A program made the position numbers and the translations under genes. From an uncultured Orrella sp. (GTDB lineage Bacteria; Pseudomonadota; Gammaproteobacteria; Burkholderiales; Burkholderiaceae_B), in the NCBI GenBank assembly GCA_964491995.1, contig CAZBIN010000002.1, positions 1 through 49,257 on the forward strand: a stretch of 49,257 nt of DNA, in the 5' to 3' direction. Of this stretch, positions 38,845 to 47,212 are shown piece by piece (positions within the stretch are counted from its first letter, which is position 1; each line of letters begins with the position of its first letter). The notes beneath the pieces are model-generated. The model saw nothing but the letters and a program-made list of their open reading frames with translations. It was not told where the DNA came from and searched no databases.

Positions 38845-40530
38845 TTACATCCGTTCAGGAGCCGAAACCCCAAGCAAGTCCAGACCATTGGCCAGTACCT
38901 GACGTGTTGCATCTGCCAGCCGCAATCTGGCACCTTTAAGTGCCTCATCATCAACCAGGACCCGCTCGGCGTTATACCAGCCGTGGAAATCTGAGGCACA
39001 GTCACGCAACCAGAAAGCGATCAAGTGCGGCGACAGATCCTGAACTGCCTGCTGAACCACCCCAGGAAACTCGGCCAGTCGTTTGAGCAGCGTCTGTTCG
39101 GACACTGCGCTCAACAAAGAGGCGTCGGCGCTATGAATATCTCCCAAGGCAACACCGCCTTGCAGCAGAATGGAGCAGATCCGCGCGTGTGCATATTGCA
39201 CATAGTAGACGGGATTCTCTTCCGTTTGTGATCTGGCCAGATCAATGTCAAATACAAACTCGGTATCGGCACGACGCTGAATCAGAAAAAACCGCACCGC
39301 ATCACGACCGACCCAGTCGATCAGATCCCTCAACGTGACGTAACTGCCAGCACGCTTGGAAATCTTGACTTCTTCATTGCCCCGCACAACCTTGACCATC
39401 TTGTGCAAAACATAGGCTGGGTAGTCCGCTGGAACGCCCATATCCAGACCTTGCAGGCCGGCTCTGACGCGGGCAACCGTTCCATGGTGGTCGCTACCCT
39501 GAATATTGATGGCCTTGCGAAACCCGCGCACCCATTTATTGACGTGATAGGCCACGTCTGGCACAAAATAGGTATAGCCACCTTCGCTTTTGCGCATCAC
39601 ACGGTCTTTATCGTCACCCGTGCCCAGCTCCGTGGTTCGGAGCCATAGCGCACCGCCATCTTCAAATGTGTGACCGTTCTCGATCAGTCGGTTAACAACT
39701 GCCTGCACCCTTCCGCTTTCGTAGAGTGAGCTCTCAAGGTAATAATTGTCAAAGGCGAGTCCAAATGCCTTCAGGTCAAGATCCTGCTCCCTGCGCAAAT
39801 ACGTCACTGCAAACCGACGAATCGCATCGAGATCTTCGATATCACCTACCGCCTGAACCGGCTCACCATCACTTGCCTGCACGGTCTTGCAAGCCATGTA
39901 ATCGTTGGCAATGTCCAGAATATAGTCACCGCGATAGCCATCTGCGGGATAGTCGGGATGGCCCGGCTCGATTCCTCTGGCTCTGGCCTGGACGCTGATG
40001 GCAAGGTTGTGAATCTGGTTGCCGGCATCGTTGTAATAAAACTCGCGAGTCACGTCATAGCCGCCAGCCGTGAACAAGCGACACAGCGCATCGCCAAGTG
40101 CCGCCTGGCGCGCGTGACCCACGTGCAACGGTCCGGTCGGGTTGGCCGAAACAAACTCCACCAGAACTTTCTCGTTGCGTGCTGGCGCGTAACCGTACAG
40201 ATCCTTGCTCTTGTCTACCGCATCAAGTACCGCAACCACTGCCGCACTGGACAAGCGAAAGTTGATGAAACCAGGTCCCGCGATCTCGGCATGATCAATC
40301 AGCGCACCGGCCTGTTCATCCTGCTGAAGCCTTTCAATGATCGTCTGGGCCAGATCGCGGGGGCGCAACCCAGCCTTCTTTGCCAGTTGCATGGCCACGT
40401 TGGTTGCCACATCACCATGCGCAGCGACCTTTGGCCGCTCCAGAAGAACGGTCGATGCAACATCGGGAACCAGTTCGTTCACAATGCGTTGCAGACTCTT
40501 GATAAGGGTATTTGCTTGCTCCGGGAGCAT
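38845..40530 (-). CDS. argS: Arginine--tRNA ligase
   Basis: [61 protein letters not shown]. Confidence 0.98.
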   Translation of the reverse strand: MLPEQANTLIKSLQRIVNELVPDVASTVLLERPKVAAHGDVATNVAMQLAKKAGLRPRDLAQTIIERLQQDEQAGALIDHAEIAGPGFINFRLSSAAVVAVLDAVDKSKDLYGYAPARNEKVLVEFVSANPTGPLHVGHARQAALGDALCRLFTAGGYDVTREFYYNDAGNQIHNLAISVQARARGIEPGHPDYPADGYRGDYILDIANDYMACKTVQASDGEPVQAVGDIEDLDAIRRFAVTYLRREQDLDLKAFGLAFDNYYLESSLYESGRVQAVVNRLIENGHTFEDGGALWLRTTELGTGDDKDRVMRKSEGGYTYFVPDVAYHVNKWVRGFRKAINIQGSDHHGTVARVRAGLQGLDMGVPADYPAYVLHKMVKVVRGNEEVKISKRAGSYVTLRDLIDWVGRDAVRFFLIQRRADTEFVFDIDLARSQTEENPVYYVQYAHARICSILLQGGVALGDIHSADASLLSAVSEQTLLKRLAEFPGVVQQAVQDLSPHLIAFWLRDCASDFHGWYNAERVLVDDEALKGARLRLADATRQVLANGLDLLGVSAPERM

Positions 40531-40643
40531 AGTCAGACCATGAAATAGTAAAGTGCTAAATGATAGCTTGAATCAAATAAACGTATTGGCAGCGGCAAAT
40601 TTGCACTTTAACTTGATTGCCAGACAACCGCGGGAGAAAAGCA

Positions 40644-40997
40644 ATGTTGGTCACTTTTAGCAGTAAAGCCGATATGGACGTCCTGATGATGGAGAAGCAC
40701 GCGATTCAGGTCTTGATCGCCGCCGGCAAACTCACCGCCCCGGAGATCCCGCAACGTGGGGTATTCACCATCGAGCAGCTCGATGACGCGATCAAGAATC
40801 TGCAGGTTGCCATCCACGAGGAAGGCACGACCCTTGAAAAGCATCCCGATGATCAGGACGAGGATGACGATGACAACAAACCCAAAGCCGGTGAGGTTGT
40901 TCTGCTGGCCCAGCGTGCGGCACCCTTGCTGCAAATGATGCGCAAAGCCAAGGCTGCCCATGCGCCCATCCTCTGGGAAACCAGCTCGGGCTATTGA
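40644..40997 (+). CDS. DUF1840 family protein
   Basis: [12 protein letters not shown], acidic linker, L.QRAAPLL.M; GGAG RBS. Confidence 0.85.
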   Translation: MLVTFSSKADMDVLMMEKHAIQVLIAAGKLTAPEIPQRGVFTIEQLDDAIKNLQVAIHEEGTTLEKHPDDQDEDDDDNKPKAGEVVLLAQRAAPLLQMMRKAKAAHAPILWETSSGY

Positions 40998-41019
40998 CGC
41001 AGAAAAAGACTGTCATACG

Positions 41020-41292
41020 ATGAACTGTCGCCCCCACTGCGCCGCCTGCTGTATTGCACCCTCGATCTCGAGTCCGATTCCGGGCATGCCGCACGGAAAG
41101 CCGGCGGGGGTGCGATGCATTCAGCTCGACGAGCTTGATCGATGCATGATTTTCGGGCAGACAGACCGGCCGCGGGTCTGTTCGTCGCTTCAGCCTGAAC
41201 CCGTCATGTGTGGTCAGAGCCGCGAGCAAGCAATCCGCTGGCTCAGTGAACTGGAAGCACTGACAAAGTCATCCTGCACCGCCAACCATTGA
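41020..41292 (+). CDS. YkgJ family cysteine-cluster protein
   Basis: [40 protein letters not shown]. Confidence 0.9.
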   Translation: MNCRPHCAACCIAPSISSPIPGMPHGKPAGVRCIQLDELDRCMIFGQTDRPRVCSSLQPEPVMCGQSREQAIRWLSELEALTKSSCTANH

Positions 41293-43134
41293 GCGGAAAT
41301 ACTCTCTGGTCTCAGCATCCGTGCAATAAACGTAGCAACCCTTCATGCCGCGAGTCATGAGAGTCCGGTATGTATTCCGGATAATCAGATCAACCTCGGC
41401 ACGCACCTGCTCAGGATCGGTCTTGAGACGTGTTTTGTAGCCACGGATGGTCTTGTCATGGCGGTCGCGGTTTTCTGGAATCGTGACGATCCGACCGCCG
41501 CGCACAGTAAGATCCGGGCCCACGATAACGCCAATATAGTCAACTTCCAGCCCCTGGCAGGTATGAATACAGCCCACCTGTGCGACGGACTCTGCCGCAA
41601 TGATCCACAGACTGCCGTCTGTACCGAGATTCCACTGCCGCTGGTAAGCATCACCAATAACAATGTCATAGGCTCGCGGATTTTTCTTGCTGAGCCAGGG
41701 CCAGCAATAGCCAGCGACCACTCTTGCCCTGTTTTTGTCATTCCTGGCTTCGATCGCAGCATGCAAACCCTGCGGCGTATCGAACACCTGAAAATCGTAG
41801 TAGGTCTTGTCGAGCTCGGTGTTGGCTGTAGGACGGATGCCTAACGCATTGTCGAGCCAGGCCAGATATCCATCAGAGCCACTGCACCGAAACTGAGACG
41901 CCAACTCATATTCTTCGATCTGTGCACCCTTTGCCTTGGCAAACGCCCTGATGCTTTGCTGAGTCCCAATATCGCTCAAAGCCACCCGCTGGTCCTCATC
42001 AATAAAGAAAACCGTGGCCCTGGACGATGCAATCAGCTCTTTGATCTGATTGTCTCCCAGATTGGCATAAAGACCACTTTTCTCGTTCAGACGGTGGGCT
42101 TCATCAACGATCAGAAAGTCATAGGTGTCTGGTTCAACAGAATGAAAACCACCGGATCCCGCAAACATACTGGAGAACTTTGTCTTGGTCATCGTGCCCA
42201 CGAGTTTGCTCTGGTAAACAGCTCGAGGCGCAGCATTCTTGGAAACATACTGTCCCAGAAGTCCGGCACTGGTCAATCGAACCAGCAAGTTGATAGCAAG
42301 GACTGTCTTGCCTGTGCCTGGCCCACCCTGGATGATCACAACCTTTGGACAGGCCGAAGATGCCGTTCTCAACGCAGCGAGGGTTGCTTCGAAGACCTCT
42401 TTCTGATCGTCAATCAGCACAAACTCGGCTCTGGCCGCAAGCAAACCCTTTAACGCATCCGCAAGTGCTTTCGACGGTCGGATTCTGCCGTTTGCCAGCT
42501 CGTAGAGAACTTCTTTCGAGTCGCCGTACCTGACATGTCTTTTGATAAATTCGCGCAACTGCTGCTGTTCTTTCGCCCCCTTGAGAAACAACGGCGCTTT
42601 GGCGACGTATCCTGAATAGTGCTCGCTATCCAGAACGCCATCTCTCACATAATTATGAAGAAACGCACAGGGACGTATGGATATGCCTCCCTCGTAAACA
42701 GCCTCATTGAAACCTTCCAGCAAAGAGGCATATGACCAAGCCTGATAGGAAGGATGAACAACTTCTCTCTGGGCTTTGCCGAGATAGGTCACAACGATGG
42801 CATCCTTGTCCGTCGCCGTGACCCGATCCCACTGTTTAAGCTCGATCACAATGGCATTCTTGTTGCCTTCACGATCCCGCCCAGTCAACGTGACATCAAT
42901 GCGTTTGGAAGACTGGGGTATGTGCAGTTCTACTGCAATGCCCATTGAGTCCGGAATTTCGTCATCGCGCAGAACCCTTGCCACATAGCCAAGCGACTCC
43001 CGCCAGGATCTGATCTCCGAGTCCGCAACACGCTTGCCCGTTGCTCGCCTGTAATTGGCCAGAATGACATTCTCAATGTCGTCGTAGTCAGAGTGATGCA
43101 GGAACTCCCGCTTGTCCGCTTCATAGACGATCAT
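41269..43134 (-). CDS. DUF2075 (Schlafen group-3-type SF1 helicase) with N-terminal PD-(D/E)xK-like nuclease domain
   Basis: E…RIDV…IELKQW nuclease-like motif; Walker A GGPGTGKT; Walker B IVDEAHRL; QFRC; IHTCQGLE; [10 protein letters not shown]. Confidence 0.9.
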   Translation of the reverse strand: MIVYEADKREFLHHSDYDDIENVILANYRRATGKRVADSEIRSWRESLGYVARVLRDDEIPDSMGIAVELHIPQSSKRIDVTLTGRDREGNKNAIVIELKQWDRVTATDKDAIVVTYLGKAQREVVHPSYQAWSYASLLEGFNEAVYEGGISIRPCAFLHNYVRDGVLDSEHYSGYVAKAPLFLKGAKEQQQLREFIKRHVRYGDSKEVLYELANGRIRPSKALADALKGLLAARAEFVLIDDQKEVFEATLAALRTASSACPKVVIIQGGPGTGKTVLAINLLVRLTSAGLLGQYVSKNAAPRAVYQSKLVGTMTKTKFSSMFAGSGGFHSVEPDTYDFLIVDEAHRLNEKSGLYANLGDNQIKELIASSRATVFFIDEDQRVALSDIGTQQSIRAFAKAKGAQIEEYELASQFRCSGSDGYLAWLDNALGIRPTANTELDKTYYDFQVFDTPQGLHAAIEARNDKNRARVVAGYCWPWLSKKNPRAYDIVIGDAYQRQWNLGTDGSLWIIAAESVAQVGCIHTCQGLEVDYIGVIVGPDLTVRGGRIVTIPENRDRHDKTIRGYKTRLKTDPEQVRAEVDLIIRNTYRTLMTRGMKGCYVYCTDAETREYFRSMVGGAG

Positions 43135-43161
43135 TGTGAGTGCTCCGCAAAATGCTCAGTC

Positions 43162-43560
43162 TCAAATCTGGGTGTACTTTTTGCTCGAACCTCTGGCTTT
43201 TTCAACAGGGTATTTCAGGGCATTTTTCTGAATCTTGTCACAAACCGCGCTATTGAGGTCAACGCCCAGAACTGCAGCAAGCCTGACAAGATAGAGCTGC
43301 ACATCGGCCAGCTCATCACGAACCGCCTGAGAGGTCTCTGCGCGAACACCGGCTTCTTTGGACTGCTCCTCGGTCATCCATTGAAAAATCTCTGTCAGCT
43401 CTCCGACTTCTGCGCTCAGTGCCATCACCAGATTTTTGGGGGAATGAAACTGAGCCCAATCCCGTTCATCGGCAAACCTGTCTAATGCCCGAGTCAGCGG
43501 TGCAACATTTATCAGGGGCTCCGTGTTCGCCATGTCTGTTTGTTCTGTCACGTCTCTCAT
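43162..43560 (-). CDS. MazG-like nucleotide pyrophosphohydrolase (DCTPP1/RS21-C6 type)
   Basis: F..ERDW.QFHSPKNL, EVGEL.EIFQW, DELADV, K..KN..KYP; alternative start at 43533. Confidence 0.92.
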   Translation of the reverse strand: MRDVTEQTDMANTEPLINVAPLTRALDRFADERDWAQFHSPKNLVMALSAEVGELTEIFQWMTEEQSKEAGVRAETSQAVRDELADVQLYLVRLAAVLGVDLNSAVCDKIQKNALKYPVEKARGSSKKYTQI

Positions 43561-43990
43561 CCGTATCGTTTGTTAACTTATACGACAAGTCATCAGGGCA
43601 GGCAATCCAGACCCGCGCAATCGACGCAAAAGCAGAGCCAGAGCAGATGAGCCTCACAGAAAGCCTTGTCGCCACCAGACCCATCCACAAACCGTCGATT
43701 CCAGACTTCCAGATCGCGAGCTCTGTCGCCGTCATACATCACAACGTGTGAATGGCGAACGATCTTCAAGGCATTGCTACAGATCACTTGCACTTGCATG
43801 CTCTGCCCCGATAGACTCAGCAAAAATTGCAGCAATGCAATGACGGTAACTGTGGTGTTTCGTCGCCGTAAAAGCACCGTGAATTCGCTGCTTGCACAGC
43901 CCGGCATTCGGGCAATCCAAATAACTGTCAGGAACAGCGTTGGCAATGAGAACGAACAAATTTTGCACAACAGCGCTGTCGAGATGGGTC

Positions 43991-44863
43991 TTGACGCCAT
44001 GTCCGCCAAATCTGATCAGGCGGGCGTCGCTTGCGATCTGGTTGTCTGCTGCGATTGGCGCGCTCGCCCCCGGCAATGCACTGGCTCAACAGGCCAGCAC
44101 GCAAGCAAAGGAGAGCTCTGCCCAGGCTGATGGACCCTGTCCGTCGGGCGTTTACCTGATGGGTCGGGACACTCCCTGGGTACCAACACCTGACACACTG
44201 GTTCAGGCCATGCTGGATCTGGTCGAACTCACCCCACAAGACTACGTCATCGATCTGGGTTCAGGCGATGGCCGCATGGTGATCGCAGCTGCCCAGCGAG
44301 GGGCTTCTGGCCACGGTGTTGAATACAACCCCATCATGGTTGAGTGTGCAAACTGGCGCGCCAGACAAGCCGGCGTCACCGACAAAGCCCGTTTTATACA
44401 AGGCGACATGTTCACCGCTGACATCTCTGAGGCCACGGTGTTGCCTTTGTTCCTTCTGGACGAGAACTTGCACCAGCTCATGCCGACCTTTCTCAATTTA
44501 CGGCCAGGCACGCGAATTGCCACCAACGACTATGCAATCCCAGGCTGGGACGCGGTCAAGAGCCTGACGCTAAGTGGCAATTGCGGCCACTGGTGCACGG
44601 CGCATCTCTGGATCGTGCCTGCCCGGATCAGTGGAACCTGGAACCTGGATGGCGTGGGAGAACTGACGCTTGATCAGTCGGCCCAACAGATCTCCGGCAC
44701 CTTGTCATCGAGCAACGGCTCCCAGAAAGTTATCGGACAGGTGCACGGCGACAAGGTCACCTTCCAGGCTGGCGACATTGAGTACACCGGCACCGTGAAC
44801 GGAAATGTGATGACCGGCCAGAGCGCGTCGCACACATGGTCTGCAACCAGAAAAAGCTCCTGA
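43991..44863 (+). CDS. Exported class I SAM-dependent methyltransferase with C-terminal beta-rich domain
   Basis: RR-containing signal peptide ending ALA, DTPWVPTP, DLGSGDGR, GVE, GDMF; start uncertain (43940 or TTG 43991). Confidence 0.85.
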   Translation: MTPCPPNLIRRASLAIWLSAAIGALAPGNALAQQASTQAKESSAQADGPCPSGVYLMGRDTPWVPTPDTLVQAMLDLVELTPQDYVIDLGSGDGRMVIAAAQRGASGHGVEYNPIMVECANWRARQAGVTDKARFIQGDMFTADISEATVLPLFLLDENLHQLMPTFLNLRPGTRIATNDYAIPGWDAVKSLTLSGNCGHWCTAHLWIVPARISGTWNLDGVGELTLDQSAQQISGTLSSSNGSQKVIGQVHGDKVTFQAGDIEYTGTVNGNVMTGQSASHTWSATRKSS

Positions 44864-45122
44864 CTGTCGCTCTTGGAGGCCAAGGTGGGCGACAGGGAGG
44901 TCTGTTTTGGGTCGGAAGCGGACTATCGCCAAATTCAACTCTCGACCCATGGCTGTCGTCCCTTTTCTTAAAACTATTCAATTTTCCTTTTGAAGTACAC
45001 AGCCCGCTCAGTTTTCACAAAACCCAGTGTGACTCATCGGTGAAGGTCTGTTGCCAATACCGGCATTCAATCCCCCCTCTGGTAGGGGGATGTAGCCGTT
45101 TTCGGATCTGAGAACGGCGGGC

Positions 45123-46283
45123 TTACGGCTTGGGCATGGCCTGAAGCGCCTTATTTGCTAACCAGGCCTTGCTGACCAGGGGATCGGCGGGGATGAAAGT
45201 GCCGTGCCCGAGGCGCTGGATGAAATTGAGCTCTACCATGCGATTGGTCATGCCTTGCACCTGGCCTGAATCAACCGGGGATCCGATGAGCTTCGAATAC
45301 TCTGCCAGGGCGTCAGCGCTATACAGATTTTTGACGCCGTTCGGGGATCCCGAGGCAATCTTGTCGAAGATCACCAGCGCCAGCTCGCCGAGGTCTTCCA
45401 TGTTGGCGATCTCTGTATTCCCTGCGGTGGCCGCCTTGGTACTGCAAATAATCGGGAATGCGACATTGGGATCATGCTCGTGTGACTGCAGGACGTTGAC
45501 AGCCTGCAGCAATTCCTCCGGCCTGTTGCCCATGGTTCTAAATCCCTCCTGCAGCACGGCGAGGTCTGGGATCTTGTAGCCAGGTGCAGCGGTCATAGCT
45601 TGGTGAATCCACTCCACAAAATCGTCTCCAAGCGGTGCATAGTCTTGATACGTAGCGCCAGCAAAGGGCTTCGTGCGGCGCAAAGTCATATCGGCCACCA
45701 GCGACTTGTGCGAGCCGGTTCCGACGATCAGCAGGCGACCAGAACGGTGCGGGTTCAAGTTGACCTGATCACGGGCGGCCTTGAGGGCGTGCAGAAGGTT
45801 GTTTCCTTCATCTGTGGCCATGGCCTGCTGCACCTCGTCAATGATCAGTACCACATCGGTATGGGCCAGATCAGTGATCTCTTGAAATACCTGTCCCAGT
45901 GTTGCGCCGTTATTTGCGCCGATGCTATCAATTTGAAATCCGAAGCTGAAGCCTACCGCGCCAAGATTGAGGCCCTTCAAGCGCCCCAGGATGCCGCTGC
46001 CAGGCGTGGCCAACTGGTGCGCCACGGCCTTGACGGTCTCTGTGACCAGATCCGTGGTGCTTTTGGCCCTGTCAGCCCAAAGATCTACATAGATGGCGAT
46101 CGCGCCGTCTGCCTCGATCGCAGGTATCAGGTCTTGTTTGATAAACGTAGTCTTGCCCACGCGCCGGATCCCAGACAAAAACAGGCCTGACAGGATGCCT
46201 GCATCAAGAGGCCCAGGGTTGAGCAATGCGTTTTTGATGGCTTCGGCGTACTTGGGGCGTCGGAAGTATGAGGATTTAGCCAT
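45123..46283 (-). CDS. P-loop ATP-binding protein (AAA/STAND-like) with probable C-terminal winged helix
   Basis: Walker A GIRRVGKT, YVDLW, Walker B LIIDEVQ, VGTGS, PF.G. Confidence 0.88.
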   Translation of the reverse strand: MAKSSYFRRPKYAEAIKNALLNPGPLDAGILSGLFLSGIRRVGKTTFIKQDLIPAIEADGAIAIYVDLWADRAKSTTDLVTETVKAVAHQLATPGSGILGRLKGLNLGAVGFSFGFQIDSIGANNGATLGQVFQEITDLAHTDVVLIIDEVQQAMATDEGNNLLHALKAARDQVNLNPHRSGRLLIVGTGSHKSLVADMTLRRTKPFAGATYQDYAPLGDDFVEWIHQAMTAAPGYKIPDLAVLQEGFRTMGNRPEELLQAVNVLQSHEHDPNVAFPIICSTKAATAGNTEIANMEDLGELALVIFDKIASGSPNGVKNLYSADALAEYSKLIGSPVDSGQVQGMTNRMVELNFIQRLGHGTFIPADPLVSKAWLANKALQAMPKP

Positions 46284-46359
46284 AGGTCTTATTCAAAATT
46301 ATGCGATATCAATAATTATGCTTCATAAATAATTTAACGTAAATCCGGGTAAGATCCCA

Positions 46360-46395
46360 AAAACAAGAAACCCGTCAGGCGGCGGGTGGGTTTCA
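46360..46395 (-). terminator. Intrinsic terminator-like hairpin
   Basis: Minus strand GAAACCC…GGGTTTC followed by TTGTTTTT. Confidence 0.45.
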
Positions 46396-46577
46396 AGAGC
46401 GCCAGGACAGAACAGACAGAACTCCGGTACGAATTGTTACCTAGAGTCGCTGCCCTGCCCTTCGTCGTCAGCGTGGGAGAGGGTTCGGACAGGTACCACG
46501 TCGTGCACTCGGAGCTGATGACGGGAAAAATTGGCGTGCCGAACAGGTCGCCGCAGAAAAGGAAATGCTGAAGGGAT

Positions 46578-46602
46578 AAAAAAGACCACCCGAAGGTGGC
46601 CT
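46578..46602 (-). terminator. Intrinsic terminator
   Basis: Minus strand GGCCACC-TTCG-GGTGGTC-TTTTTT (UUCG tetraloop plus U-tract). Confidence 0.75.
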
Positions 46603-46792
46603 ATCTAAGATTAAACCGGAAAATCTAAACTACTCCGGATAAATCTAAGTTCTAATCGGATCCTACACAACCCTGTAGGATCCGATTAGAAGTTAGATCG
46701 AGCAACCCCCAGATCAAGCACTTAGAAATCTTAAATCGGACACTCAACTCGATCTGTCCGGTTTTGATTAGATTTTCCTACTAAGATTAGCT
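46603..46792. mobile_element. Head-to-head pair of DDE-transposon-like ends with arrays of putative transposase-binding repeats
   Basis: ATCTAA-N6/7-(C/T)CGGA repeats at 46603, 46623 and 46643, then TCCTACA-caaccc-TGTAGGA, then inverted copies at 46681 and 46757 (degenerate at about 46776). Confidence 0.65.
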
Positions 46793-47212
46793 TTCAACTA
46801 AATACTTGAAACTGTCTCCGTGGCTAGCGACCGGTCTCTTCTGTTGACGTTTACCAGAACCGACCGAGAAATAACAAGCTCTCCCTGTAATCGACCGGAA
46901 GATGATTGATGTTTCCGAACGGGCGGGAGCGAGAAAGTTTAATCAGAGCAACGATCAGGTCAAAATTGCCCTTTCAAACTGGAATCGTCGCTTTATAACC
47001 GTAGCAATTCAGAAGTCTTCAATAACTGCTCGGCAGCTTTCGACTAGGAGGCGTCCTTCGCTCGATGGCGACGTATAACTGAAATTCGAAGCGTCCCGGC
47101 CATTTGATCCCTTTGGATGTCAGCCACACAAATGCACCGTAAGCCTTGTGGTGCACAACTGCGGGGGTGGTATGCCGAGATCCTTCGATCAGAGTTGCGC
47201 AGCGCGCCAGAT

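Noticed and set aside
43593-44009. Overlapping short ORFs upstream of the MazG-like gene
   Set aside because: No recognisable domain or RBS; more likely divergent promoter region or decayed sequence.
45091-45115. TGTAG… as the missing outer end of the left-hand element
   Set aside because: Only 5 bp match, no ATCTAA…CGGA repeats and no CAACCC duplication.
46603-46792. Possible CRISPR array
   Set aside because: Repeats are short, degenerate, nearly contiguous and partly inverted, with no unique spacers and no cas genes.
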